Positions 21,949 to 32,351 of a stretch of DNA of 64,000 bases are shown here, in pieces. This stretch comes from Gammaproteobacteria bacterium (GTDB lineage: Bacteria; Pseudomonadota; Gammaproteobacteria; Eutrophobiales; Eutrophobiaceae). The notes below the pieces were generated by a model. The model saw nothing but the letters and a program-made list of their open reading frames with translations. It was not told the origin of the DNA and ran no database searches. A program made the position numbers and the translations under genes. Each line of letters begins with the position of its first letter. Position 1 is the first letter of the stretch. The stretch is taken from positions 64,001 through 128,000 of the forward strand of contig CAXMWX010000003.1 of the NCBI GenBank assembly GCA_963422205.2, read 5' to 3'.

Positions 21949-24015
21949 ATGACCGCCATGATGCCGGTCAGCAAGCTGCTCGCCCTGAGAATGCCCATGC
22001 AAATGTCCATGAAGCTACCCATGAATATATCCATGGGATTGCCCATCCGCCTGTTGCTGGGTCTGCTCTTTATCCAGAGTTTTACTGTCGCCGCCATGCC
22101 GATTGAGCAGCAAAGAAAAGTCTACCTGGAGGCAAGGCAAGCACTCACCGCCGGTCACATCAAGCAATTCAAGCGGCTGGCCGGCTCGATACAGGACTAC
22201 CCGCTATACCCCTATCTGCTGCACGATTACATGCGGCCACGGCTCTGGAAAATGGCCGATGATGACATCATCCGTTTCCTTAAACGTTATGACGATTTGC
22301 CAATGGCGGCCAGGGTACGGCGTGCCTGGCTGCGGGTGCTGGCGAAGCGAGGGCGGTGGTCGGCCTATCTGGATAACTACACACCACAGACCGACATATC
22401 GCTCCAGTGCTATCAGTTACAGGCCCGCATCAAGACCGGACGTGAAGCGTATCTGCTGGAGGATGCCCGCACTATCTGGCTGGTCGGCGTCTCACAACCG
22501 CCTCAATGTGATGCGGCATTTGCAAAACTCTACCACAGCGAGTTGATGACCGATGAGTTGATCTGGCAACGTATCACGCTCGCCATGGATAAAGGCAACA
22601 TTGCCCTGGCCGGGTTTCTCAGCCGCAAGCTGCCTGAACAGCAACAGCGCTGGATGCAACGCTGGATAAGCGTGCATCACAATCCCGACAAGGGGATGCG
22701 AAATATTCGCTACCAGGATACCCCCGTCAGCCGGGCTATCCTCGTTCACGGTATGCGGCGGCTGACACAGATCAGCATTGACAAGGCCATCGCCCGCTGG
22801 GCGGCAATCAAAGATCAGTATGCCTTCAGCCGGGAGCAGATCAATGCCGTGGAGAAGGTGCTGGCCTTGAGGGCAACGGCCAGGCATCACCCGGCGGCAA
22901 TCCGGCTATTGGATCAACTGGATAAACGCCTGATTGATGCAGATTTATTTCAGTGGCGTTTGCGGGCCGCATTACAGCAGGAAGACTGGCTGATGTTAAA
23001 GAACTGGACTTCAGGTGCTGCCCCAAATGATGAGATAAACACCCGCTGGCTGTTCTGGCATGCCCGTGCCTTGCAGATCATGGGCGATGAGCCACAGGCA
23101 CGCAAGATATTCGCAAAGATCGCCAGGGAGCGTGATTACTACGGCTTTCGAGCCGCCGATCGCCTGCAAAGCCGCTATCACCTCAACCATCACCCCTTGC
23201 CAGAGGATCTGGAAGCCTGGCATCAAGTGATGCAGCGCCCGGCGCTCATTCGGGCACATGAATTGTATTTACTCGGCCAGAACTCTTCGGCCCGGCGTGA
23301 ATGGCAGCATGATCTTAAATCAATGACCACCTACCAGATGCAAATCGCCGCCAACATTGCCGCCAGCTGGGGCTGGCATGATCGTGCCATCCTGACGCTG
23401 GGCAAGGCGAAAGCCTATGATGATCTGGTGTTACGGTTTCCGCTGCCCTATCAGGGACGCATTCAACAATACGCTGAGAAACGTGCGCTTGATCTTGCCT
23501 GGATGTATGCCCTGGTGCGGGCAGAGAGCGCCTTCATTGAAAAAGTACGCTCGCCAGCCGGGGCGCTTGGCCTCATGCAGGTGATGCCAGAGACCGGAAA
23601 AGAGACGGCAAAATCTATCGGTTATCAGCAATTTCATACCACCATGTTGCTGGATGAGGAGCATAATGTGGCCATCGGCAGCGCCTATTTGCAACACATG
23701 TTTAAGCATTTCCAGCAGAATTATGTGCTGGCCACGGCGGCTTACAATGCCGGGCCGGGCAATGTTGCCCGCTGGTTGCCCAAACACCAGTGTGAGGACC
23801 CGGAGATCTGGATAGAAAAAATTCCGTTTTCAGAAACACGTAAATATGTTCGCCGCATCCTGTATTATGCCAGCATTTACGACTGGCGATTGCGGCAGCA
23901 GATTATCCCCTTAGGGCAGAGAATGCAGCACAGCATTCCAACAAAAAAGCAACTCGTTGCTAAACTGGCGTGCAGCCGGCCGGCCGATCATACCGTTGCC
24001 TCGATCACACCATAA
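21949..24015 (+). CDS. slt: Soluble lytic murein transglycosylase Slt70-like
   Basis: YPLYPYL, RAESAF, GALGLMQVMP, AAYNAGP, ETRKYV; exact start uncertain (Met-rich N-terminus). Confidence 0.95.
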   Translation: MTAMMPVSKLLALRMPMQMSMKLPMNISMGLPIRLLLGLLFIQSFTVAAMPIEQQRKVYLEARQALTAGHIKQFKRLAGSIQDYPLYPYLLHDYMRPRLWKMADDDIIRFLKRYDDLPMAARVRRAWLRVLAKRGRWSAYLDNYTPQTDISLQCYQLQARIKTGREAYLLEDARTIWLVGVSQPPQCDAAFAKLYHSELMTDELIWQRITLAMDKGNIALAGFLSRKLPEQQQRWMQRWISVHHNPDKGMRNIRYQDTPVSRAILVHGMRRLTQISIDKAIARWAAIKDQYAFSREQINAVEKVLALRATARHHPAAIRLLDQLDKRLIDADLFQWRLRAALQQEDWLMLKNWTSGAAPNDEINTRWLFWHARALQIMGDEPQARKIFAKIARERDYYGFRAADRLQSRYHLNHHPLPEDLEAWHQVMQRPALIRAHELYLLGQNSSARREWQHDLKSMTTYQMQIAANIAASWGWHDRAILTLGKAKAYDDLVLRFPLPYQGRIQQYAEKRALDLAWMYALVRAESAFIEKVRSPAGALGLMQVMPETGKETAKSIGYQQFHTTMLLDEEHNVAIGSAYLQHMFKHFQQNYVLATAAYNAGPGNVARWLPKHQCEDPEIWIEKIPFSETRKYVRRILYYASIYDWRLRQQIIPLGQRMQHSIPTKKQLVAKLACSRPADHTVASITP

Positions 24016-24032
24016 ACCAGCAACACCAAAAA

Positions 24033-25031
24033 ATGCAGATAAGAGAAATTGTTATCCTGGGCGGCACTGGATTTGTCGGGCGCACGCTGGCCAACCAGTT
24101 ATATCAGGCCGGTTATGCCATCAAAGTGCTCACCCGTAATCGGGAAGCACGGCGCCGGGACCTGCTGCCCATCCCGTCTTTGACGCTGGTGCAGGCAGAT
24201 ATTCACGACCAGGCCGAGTTGAATGCACAGCTGGCCGGTGGCGATGCCGTGATTAATCTGGTGGGCATATTGAATGAGCGGGGCGGCAGCGGCCAGGGCG
24301 CTGGCGAGGGCTTTCGTCATGCCCATGTTCAGTTGAGCGAGAAAATCATCGCCGCCTGTCAGCATAATCATATCCGGCGGCTGTTGCAGATGAGCGCACT
24401 CAATGCCGATGCAGCTACCGGCAGCAGCCATTATTTAAGGAGCAAAGGGGAGGCTGAAGATCGTATCCATGCGGCGGATAATATTGATGCCACCAGTTTC
24501 AGACCCTCGGTGATCTTCGGGCCGGGCGATGCTTTTTTTAACCGCTTTGCTCACCTGCTGAAGGTAAGCCCGCTGGTTTTTCCCTTAGCCTGTGCTGAGG
24601 CGAGATTCGCCCCGGTGTATGTGGGCGATGTTGCCCGGGCCTTTGTCCAGACATTGCATGATCCGACCAGCTATGGCCAGCGTTATGCTCTGTGCGGGCC
24701 CAGGCAATACACGCTGCTGGAGTTAGTCACGCTGACCCGGCAGTTATGCGGCCTGAACCGGCTGATTATTCCGCTGCCCGATGTGATCAGCCGCTTGCAG
24801 GGGCTGTGCTTTGATCTGTTCGGTTTCTGTTTCACCCTGCTTGGCATGGAAAAACCCTTCTCTACCGATAACTACCTGTCAACAAAAACGCCCAGCATCG
24901 CTGCCGAGAACGGCCTGCTGGAACTGCATATTGAACCTAAGAGTCTTGAAGGCATCGTGGCCCAGTATATGTCCGGCACATCAACACGAAACCAGTACGA
25001 TCAGTTTCGCCAGCAGGCAAAACGGGGATGA
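24033..25031 (+). CDS. NAD-dependent epimerase-like SDR (NDUFA9 family)
   Basis: GGTGFVG, NLVGIL, YLRSK, FRPSVIFG. Confidence 0.88.
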   Translation: MQIREIVILGGTGFVGRTLANQLYQAGYAIKVLTRNREARRRDLLPIPSLTLVQADIHDQAELNAQLAGGDAVINLVGILNERGGSGQGAGEGFRHAHVQLSEKIIAACQHNHIRRLLQMSALNADAATGSSHYLRSKGEAEDRIHAADNIDATSFRPSVIFGPGDAFFNRFAHLLKVSPLVFPLACAEARFAPVYVGDVARAFVQTLHDPTSYGQRYALCGPRQYTLLELVTLTRQLCGLNRLIIPLPDVISRLQGLCFDLFGFCFTLLGMEKPFSTDNYLSTKTPSIAAENGLLELHIEPKSLEGIVAQYMSGTSTRNQYDQFRQQAKRG

Positions 25032-25103
25032 CATCCAGCACCAAGCGGCTTTGCAACATTGACAGATAACCGTTGGGCAAGATACAGATCATAACGCAAC
25101 CGT

Positions 25104-26336
25104 ATGCAAATCTATCAGGTGGGCGGGGCAGTTCGGGATGAGTTACTCGGCCTTGAGGTAAAAGATCGGGACTGGGTAGTCACAGGGGCAACGCCACAAG
25201 AGATGCTGGGCCTGGGTTACCGCCAGGTGGGCAGAGATTTTCCAGTGTTTCTGCATCCTGAAAGCAAGGAAGAGTATGCACTGGCACGCACGGAGCAGAA
25301 GACCGCCCCCGGCTATCGTGGCTTTGCCTTCAATACCGCTTCGTCTGTGACGCTCAAGGAGGATTTGCAACGGCGTGATATCACCATTAACGCGATGGCC
25401 AGAGACAGCAACGGCGATTTGATCGATCCCTGTCATGGCCAGGCTGATCTAAAAGCCGGTATCATCCGCCATATCTCCCCGGCCTTCTCGGAAGATCCGC
25501 TCAGAGTATTGCGCGTTGCCCGCTTCAGTGCGCGCCTTGGCTTTACTGTGGCTGATGAAACGTTGCGACTGATGCGGGCGCTGGCGGCCTCTGGCGAGTT
25601 GACCACGCTCGCCCCGGAGCGAATCTGGATTGAAACAGAAAAAGCACTGACAACTGAACGGCCGCGGCGGTATTTTCAGGTGCTGTATGACTGTGGTGCG
25701 CTGGCCGTGATATTGCCGGAAATTGCCCGCTTGTTTGGCATACCGCAACCGCCGCAACATCACCCGGAGATCGACTGCGGTATACACACGCTTATGGTGC
25801 TGGATATGGCCTGCCTGTTATCCACCGACCCGGTCATTCGCTTTGCCGCCCTGGTGCACGATCTGGGAAAAGCGGCGACACCGGCAGCCATCCTGCCCAG
25901 CCATCGCGGCCATGAGGAGCGCGGCGTCACGATCATACACAAGCTGGCCAATCGGCTGAAGCTGCCGGGCAAATACCGCGAGCTGGCCGTGCTGGTATCC
26001 CGCTATCATCTTGATTGTCATCGGATTGAGGAGATGCGGGCCAGCACCATTTTAGCCAAACTGGAGGCACTGGATGCCTTTCGCCGACCGCAGCGCTTCA
26101 GGCAGTTTCTGCTGGTCTGTGAAGCCGATGCCAGGGGCCGCAAGGGCATGGAAAATATCGCCTACAGCCAGGCTGAGTTTTTCAATCGTTGCCTTGAGGT
26201 GTGTGCAGCGATAGACAGCCAGCCGTTGCTGGCCGATGGTTTGCAGGGTGAGATGCTCGCCGCGGCCATCAGAGAACAACGCCTGCAGGCGATCAAGGCA
26301 CTGGATTCTGTATCAGATAAAAATAACAAACAATAA
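25104..26336 (+). CDS. cca: Multifunctional CCA-adding enzyme with HD domain
   Basis: VGGAVRD, DRDWV, RRDITIN, EDPLRVLR, HDLGK. Confidence 0.97.
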   Translation: MQIYQVGGAVRDELLGLEVKDRDWVVTGATPQEMLGLGYRQVGRDFPVFLHPESKEEYALARTEQKTAPGYRGFAFNTASSVTLKEDLQRRDITINAMARDSNGDLIDPCHGQADLKAGIIRHISPAFSEDPLRVLRVARFSARLGFTVADETLRLMRALAASGELTTLAPERIWIETEKALTTERPRRYFQVLYDCGALAVILPEIARLFGIPQPPQHHPEIDCGIHTLMVLDMACLLSTDPVIRFAALVHDLGKAATPAAILPSHRGHEERGVTIIHKLANRLKLPGKYRELAVLVSRYHLDCHRIEEMRASTILAKLEALDAFRRPQRFRQFLLVCEADARGRKGMENIAYSQAEFFNRCLEVCAAIDSQPLLADGLQGEMLAAAIREQRLQAIKALDSVSDKNNKQ

Positions 26337-27107
26337 GCCACCCAATAGCAAGCGATAGATGACATAGGGCAACAGGGCGATGCGATCAAGCAGCTTCAGA
26401 AAATAATGTATCGCAACATAGGCACTCAGAAAAGAGACCAGCACGACTGTCAGCAGCCCTTTCCAGTCGACCGGGGCGGTGCTGTCAATCAGTTCTAACA
26501 CCTCATAAGCACTGGCGATCAAGATCACCGGGATCGCCAGCAAAAAAGAAAAGTGCGAGGTTGCCTGCCGATCAAGGCCGAGTAACAAACCGGCGGTGAT
26601 GGTCACGCCAGAGCGGGAAGCACCGGGTATTAATGCCAGCATTTGCACACAGCCGATAATCAGCGCATCCCTCAAGGTCACATCGGTCAGCACCCGTTCA
26701 CGCCGACCGGTGACATCGGCCCACCATAGCGGCAAGGCAAACAGCAAGGTGGCGGCAGCGATGATCAGGGGATGGCGTAAATCAAGCTCAAGCAGGACGG
26801 CGATGACCATGCCGGCCAGGCAGACCGGCACAGTGGCTATCAAGAGATACCAGGCAAGCCGGCCATCCTGTGACGGCGGTTGGGTAAAAGAGCCCAGCCA
26901 GCCGGTGATGATTTGCCCGAGTCGCTGCCGGAAATACCAGCTAACGGCCAACAGGCTGCCGGCATGGGCGGCCACATCATACCGCCGGCCCTGATCGGGA
27001 TAATCCATCAACTCCGGCAAGAGGATGAGGTGGGCCGAGCTGGATATGGGCAGAAATTCGGTCAGCCCCTGCAACAGGCCTAGCAACAATAAATGAAAAA
27101 AATCCAA
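26313..27107 (-). CDS. uppP: Undecaprenyl-diphosphatase
   Basis: QGLTEFLPISSSAH, PGASRSG. Confidence 0.96.
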   Translation of the reverse strand: MDFFHLLLLGLLQGLTEFLPISSSAHLILLPELMDYPDQGRRYDVAAHAGSLLAVSWYFRQRLGQIITGWLGSFTQPPSQDGRLAWYLLIATVPVCLAGMVIAVLLELDLRHPLIIAAATLLFALPLWWADVTGRRERVLTDVTLRDALIIGCVQMLALIPGASRSGVTITAGLLLGLDRQATSHFSFLLAIPVILIASAYEVLELIDSTAPVDWKGLLTVVLVSFLSAYVAIHYFLKLLDRIALLPYVIYRLLLGGLLFVIFI

Positions 27108-27119
27108 GCACCTGCTCCT

Positions 27120-28310
27120 TCAAAGACGCGGCAACGGGTTATTAAAAGAAAAACCGATCAAGTCGGTATCAAACTGCTGGTTAAATCCAATCACCTTAAA
27201 CCGCTCCCCCATTGCCGCCGGCAGGATGAGTTGCCTGGCCTCGGCAGATAAGCGGATCAGATCCCCGCTGCCATCGCCCGCTTTGCCTGAGAGAATACGA
27301 TCCAGCCCGCAGCCGACAAGAAAGCTGGCCTGGTTGGTATAGCCTGCCACCTTGAGGCCGGCTGCCACGGCACAATCGGCCAGGGCGGTGAAATCCACGG
27401 ATGCCGTTATATCCTGTAAGCCCGGATAATAAAACGGATCATCATGTACACGATGCCGATAATGGCACAGCAAAGTCCCATTAACACGTTGCGGGTGATA
27501 ATACTCTCGGCGAACATAACCGTAGTCTATCAGCAGGATAACGCCTGCCACCAGCGCATCGGCCAGGCGGCTTATCCAGGCCGCCTGATGGGGGTTGATT
27601 TCAGTCACGTAGCGATGCGGCAGATCATCTGTCAGCGTGGCCAGCACCGCCTCCACCTGTTGCTGCACGTCCTCTGCCGCCGGCATGACCTGCCAGCCAA
27701 ACTGTCCCTGACGATGAGAGACATGCAGCTCATTGATACGCTTGCCTTGAAGCGCAATCCGTTTTACCGGCAGGGCATCCAGCACCTCATTGGCCAGGAT
27801 AACGCCGTTGATACCATGGCTGGGCAACCGCTCCAGCCAGGTGATATACGGCAGCAGATGGGGCACGCTCTGCTGTAGCACCTGTTGCTGACGTTGCTTG
27901 AGTTCAGCACTGATTTCCACAATATAATAGCAGGCTGGCAACTGCTGTTGCCGCTCCAGAGCCAGCAGGATATCCCGTGCCATCACACCCGTGCCGGCCC
28001 CCAACTCCAGCAGGCAACCATCTGTCATGCCTGCCAGCACCTGTTGGCATTGTACCGCAAGACACTCGGAGAACAGTGTCGATATGACCGGGGCGGTGAC
28101 AAAATCACCGGCCTTGCCTATCTGCTCTGCTCCGGCGGAATAATAGCCGAGACCAGGCGCATATAAGGCCATCTGCATAAAACGATCAAAGCTCACCTGC
28201 CCGCCTTGCCGAGTGATCTCATCAATGATCACATCGCACACCCGGCGACTATGTTCACAGGCCGGGTCATCAGGCCCGGGCAATGGCCCGGAGAGTCGCT
28301 GTTTATCCAT
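27120..28310 (-). CDS. SAM-dependent methyltransferase, MidA/NDUFAF7 family
   Basis: GYY...GDFVTAP, ELGAGTG, NEVLDALP, IDYG, DITASVDF. Confidence 0.9.
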   Translation of the reverse strand: MDKQRLSGPLPGPDDPACEHSRRVCDVIIDEITRQGGQVSFDRFMQMALYAPGLGYYSAGAEQIGKAGDFVTAPVISTLFSECLAVQCQQVLAGMTDGCLLELGAGTGVMARDILLALERQQQLPACYYIVEISAELKQRQQQVLQQSVPHLLPYITWLERLPSHGINGVILANEVLDALPVKRIALQGKRINELHVSHRQGQFGWQVMPAAEDVQQQVEAVLATLTDDLPHRYVTEINPHQAAWISRLADALVAGVILLIDYGYVRREYYHPQRVNGTLLCHYRHRVHDDPFYYPGLQDITASVDFTALADCAVAAGLKVAGYTNQASFLVGCGLDRILSGKAGDGSGDLIRLSAEARQLILPAAMGERFKVIGFNQQFDTDLIGFSFNNPLPRL

Positions 28311-28408
28311 TCGATTTATGTAAAAAATGATTCCTTGCCGACTGCATTGATCTTCTTGGCAAGTCAGGGATGCGCTTGCTTCTATGTTTCTGCATAATAC
28401 ACCAGGCC

Positions 28409-29140
28409 ATGCAACGGAAAACAGCCTTGATCACGGGCGCCTCACGGCGGATTGGTGCAGGTATTGCCAGGCACCTGCATCAAAAAAATATTGATGTTGT
28501 TGTGCATTACCGGCATTCAAAAGCCGCGGCCGAGTCCCTGGTCAAGTCGCTGAATTTAAGCCGACCAGCATCGGCCCTGGCGGTGCATGGCAATCTGCTG
28601 GATAAGGCCAGTTATGATGACCTGATTGCACACAGCCTGGCGTTGAACGGTGTGCTGGATATCCTGATCAATAATGCCTCGATGTTCTATCCCACCCCCG
28701 TGACCGCCTTCAACGAGGACGACTGGGATGCACTCATCGGCACCAATCTCAAGGCGCCGCTGTTCCTGTCCCGGAACGCTGCCCCGCACCTTGAACAACA
28801 GCGTGGCTGTATTATCAACATCACCGATATACACGGGCTGAAACCACTGGCAGGCCATCCACTTTACAGCATGGCAAAGGCCGGCTTGATCATGTTGACC
28901 CAGTCGCTGGCGAGGGAGCTGGCACCGGCGGTGCGGATCAATGCGATTTCACCCGGGGCGATCCTCTGGCCGGAGACGATGAAGGCCGAGGTGCAGGCGG
29001 ATATTCTTGCGCGCATACCCCTTAAAAGACAAGGCGAGCCTGGCGATATCGCCAAAGCGGCTTACTTTCTGATTGCCGAAGCAGACTATATCACCGGGCA
29101 AATTCTCAGTGTGGATGGCGGGCGCAGCCTGTACAGTTAG
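28409..29140 (+). CDS. folM: Pteridine reductase (FolM-like SDR)
   Basis: TGASRRIG, NNASMF, YSMAK; near folK/folB. Confidence 0.8.
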   Translation: MQRKTALITGASRRIGAGIARHLHQKNIDVVVHYRHSKAAAESLVKSLNLSRPASALAVHGNLLDKASYDDLIAHSLALNGVLDILINNASMFYPTPVTAFNEDDWDALIGTNLKAPLFLSRNAAPHLEQQRGCIINITDIHGLKPLAGHPLYSMAKAGLIMLTQSLARELAPAVRINAISPGAILWPETMKAEVQADILARIPLKRQGEPGDIAKAAYFLIAEADYITGQILSVDGGRSLYS

Positions 29141-29148
29141 GCGGCGGC

Positions 29149-29955
29149 CTATGGCTGCTTGCTCTCTGCCCCGGTCGCCAGGTGCCACTTGAGGATATTC
29201 AGCTCAATGAAGAGAAACGCCAGCAACCATAAAAAAGCATCCCAGAAATCGAGAAACTCACCGTATATTCCCCAGTACAGCGCACAGGCAAACAAGATCG
29301 AATACACCACGGCCTTGATGAGTTTACCGGCAGCTGCCATCTTCCGGGTCAGCCGGTGTCTTGATTGCAGATAGACCTCAGCCTCCAGCAACAACACAAC
29401 GATCAGCCAATCGCCGGCATTGATGATGTCCACCAGCGCCAGATGCACGGCCTGCTGCATTGCCGGGACCGTGCTGATGATGGGGGTACCGGCGATGCGT
29501 ACCAGTGGCTGCCCCTGCATGGCAAGACAGACATCCGGCGTTATGGCGGCATAATTATCCACCCGCATATAGCGATACTCGGTGTCCACCAGGCGGCACA
29601 CATCGGCGGTGATAAACGGCACGGTATCGGTGACCACCCCATACTGCACACAGTAGCCGTAAAACGCATACAGAATCACTAGGTAAGACAATGAGCGCAG
29701 CCCGGTCAATCCCCACCTAAGCCCGCCCTTGAGTTGCTCATCGGCGATGATGGCCGTCTCCAACTCAAACAACAATAACAGCATCACCCAGGCCAAGGTG
29801 TCGATGGTGGATGAATACGCCTCGGCGATGTGAGGCCACGGCAGCCAGAGGCCGTATAACTCCAGGCTGTCACTGGCCTCCTCAATAAAAAAGAAAAAGA
29901 CATTGGCGGCCAGCAGGCAATACACCGAATACTTAAAGACACGGTAAAGCTGCAT
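29149..29955 (-). CDS. Hypothetical multi-pass membrane protein
   Basis: Several hydrophobic helices; internally repeated W..LLLL.E.E motif. Confidence 0.65.
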   Translation of the reverse strand: MQLYRVFKYSVYCLLAANVFFFFIEEASDSLELYGLWLPWPHIAEAYSSTIDTLAWVMLLLLFELETAIIADEQLKGGLRWGLTGLRSLSYLVILYAFYGYCVQYGVVTDTVPFITADVCRLVDTEYRYMRVDNYAAITPDVCLAMQGQPLVRIAGTPIISTVPAMQQAVHLALVDIINAGDWLIVVLLLEAEVYLQSRHRLTRKMAAAGKLIKAVVYSILFACALYWGIYGEFLDFWDAFLWLLAFLFIELNILKWHLATGAESKQP

Positions 29956-30130
29956 GGGGGTGAGGTTGAAATGACGATGCAGGGCCGGGCTTCTCATAGC
30001 GGCGGACGGCAACCCGAATGATCGTTATGCCAGGATGATGACGGGCATCTAACAGCCCGTGCCTTGCAACAGCCGTCTGTGATTACCGGGTCAAGACACA
30101 GCAAACAATTAGCTTGATAACAGTAACTTG

Positions 30131-30871
30131 TCAAGCGTACACTGCTAACATCATGAGAAAAAATATTAAGATGGGGCAGAAGAATACAATAATGGGTACA
30201 ATGAATCTCAAAAAACCAATACGCCTATAGACAAGGCTGAAGCCGCCCTACCGGTCCCAGCTGGTGATGCCATGCCGTGCCAACTTCCCATACGCCATTA
30301 CCTGAGTAATCGAGGTAACGAATGGCATGCCCATACCAGGGCCGTACCACCAGAGCTTGAAGCTCCTTGACAGCGCAGCCGAATAGTTCGGCTTGCCCCC
30401 GGATGGCGCAATGATGCGGAGATTGAACAGCCACTTCCTGGGCGTGGTGCCTAACGTTGACAGCAGCCCAGCTTCAATGAAAATCCAGACAAGGGGTAAG
30501 AAAAAATAAAAAGACAAAGCGATCGCTTGACTAAGCTCTTCCAACTCAGCATCGCTTGTCGCATATGCTGCTTCAGGGTTTAATATCATCAATATTATGA
30601 GAAACATTGTAAATATCACAATAAACACTATATATGCTAAGAACATGTCAAACATACGAGCAAAATATCTTTTCCACTGACGAACAGCAAGGAATCTGTA
30701 CCAAAAACCAAGCTGATCACCATCAGAACGTGAATCAGCCGCAGACGGCAGCACGGATGCGATGGCGTTTTCAGCGCCGGGGAGCATGGCTGTTTATCTT
30801 GCAGATGCTCCGCAGTAACCGCAGAGTCTTGCATCATCGGCTAATGCTTCACCGCATTGCCTACAGAACAT
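30131..30871 (-). pseudogene. Zinc-ribbon + RDD family membrane protein with two in-frame stops
   Basis: RBS GGAGG then MFCRQCG...CGYCG; TAA 30794-30796; RDD-like WKRYFARMFD; TAG 30248-30250; then hydrophobic tail to TGA 30131-30133, all in one frame. Confidence 0.8.
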
Positions 30872-30942
30872 AACCCCTCCTTACGTCAGACAGTCCTTGC
30901 GAGTTCTCCCCTGCATTATGCTATCCTGGCCAGCACTCAGGC

Positions 30943-31347
30943 TCACTTAAATTCAGGGAACTCGCTTTCAATCAGCCAGCGGCCTGAGTCTTCGTTGCGC
31001 CACAACTCCAGCCGCACTTCCTCTTCCCGCAACATGCCAACCGTATCATCGTAGTAAGACAGGCTGAACACGACTGATGCGGTATCGAATGTCGGGCTGA
31101 GGATCTTCTCCTGCATCTTGTGGCCGGTGATGCGTATCGGTTTCAACCTCGCCAGATCAACCGCGGCCTGCTCGCCCTCACGGTTGACATGCAGCCGGGC
31201 GGCCTCGTTAAAGCGAGACCAGCGCAGGTTGGCGATGTAATGGTTGACAAACGCATCAAAATCTTCGGTTTTTTTGGTCGAGCCAGGCGTATTGCAGGCC
31301 GACAATAAAATCATACAGCACAACATATATACCAGACGGATTGCCAT
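30943..31347 (-). CDS. Hypothetical lipoprotein
   Basis: Lipobox LSAC after a hydrophobic leader. Confidence 0.7.
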   Translation of the reverse strand: MAIRLVYMLCCMILLSACNTPGSTKKTEDFDAFVNHYIANLRWSRFNEAARLHVNREGEQAAVDLARLKPIRITGHKMQEKILSPTFDTASVVFSLSYYDDTVGMLREEEVRLELWRNEDSGRWLIESEFPEFK

Positions 31348-31394
31348 GGACGACTCCGGTGAGAATCTGGCGGAATATTCCCGCATATCCAGGC

Positions 31395-31886
31395 TTAATT
31401 CAAATCTAATTGCACCTGCTGCAATGCCTGACCGGGCTGATCAAAGCCCTGCCACAAGCGGGCAAAGCTCAGGCCGGAGACCGGATGCCGCATCTGCCCG
31501 GCAATCTCGGCCAGCGGTCTCAGGACAAACGCATATTTTTCAATATCCTCCCGGGGGATGGTGAATGCGGCATTTGTCATCACCAGATCATCGTATAACA
31601 ACAAGTCCAAATCCAGGCTTCTCGGCGAGAAACGCGGCTGTGTGCGATCACGCCCGTGGGCATCCTCAATCGTGCGTAATAACTGATATGTCGCCTCCAC
31701 GCTGGCCGCCGTTTCAAAGCCAATGACCAGATTATAAAAATCATCACCGGCAAAACCCACGGCGGCATTTTGGTAGATGTTGGAGATCAGCAGATGACCG
31801 ACGTGTTGCCTGAGCGCCTGCACGCCTGAACGGATATTCTGCTGCCAGTCAACATTACTGCCGATGCCAACGAAGACCTGCGCCAT
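31395..31886 (-). CDS. folK: 2-amino-4-hydroxy-6-hydroxymethyldihydropteridine diphosphokinase
   Basis: GIGSN, FYNLV, PRSLDLDLLL, FVLRPL. Confidence 0.95.
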   Translation of the reverse strand: MAQVFVGIGSNVDWQQNIRSGVQALRQHVGHLLISNIYQNAAVGFAGDDFYNLVIGFETAASVEATYQLLRTIEDAHGRDRTQPRFSPRSLDLDLLLYDDLVMTNAAFTIPREDIEKYAFVLRPLAEIAGQMRHPVSGLSFARLWQGFDQPGQALQQVQLDLN

Positions 31887-31888
31887 GG

Positions 31889-32245
31889 TCAGGGCTTCTT
31901 GCTGCGCTCGATGATGATGCCTACATCACGTACCCCGCGCACAGCGCCTTTTTTGTTCAATTTCAGCCGACACCAGGACAAGGCAAACTCCTGTAGCAGA
32001 ATGTCGGTGATCCTCTCGGCCAGCGTCTCCACCAGCTGATACTCACTCTGCTGAACGAAACTGATGAGCCGCTTGGTCACCGCCTTGTAATTCACCGTGT
32101 CTTCGATCCTGTCGGTGGCAGCGGCCCGGGCAATATCGGCGCTCATTTCAATATCCAGGATAAGGGTTTGCGTTGTACGTCGCTCCCAGTCATACACACC
32201 AATGATGGTATCAATACGCAAATCGGATATGTAGATGATGTCCAT
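31889..32245 (-). CDS. folB: Dihydroneopterin aldolase
   Basis: IIGVYDWER, LVETLAE. Confidence 0.96.
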   Translation of the reverse strand: MDIIYISDLRIDTIIGVYDWERRTTQTLILDIEMSADIARAAATDRIEDTVNYKAVTKRLISFVQQSEYQLVETLAERITDILLQEFALSWCRLKLNKKGAVRGVRDVGIIIERSKKP

Positions 32246-32351
32246 GCTCTGCTACTGTGTTCAATGGCGGGCGGGTAGCATAAGACAGATAGATCATCAA
32301 AGACAAGACAAATGACTTGACCACGACAAGCGAAGGCAGTCCAATAACCTC

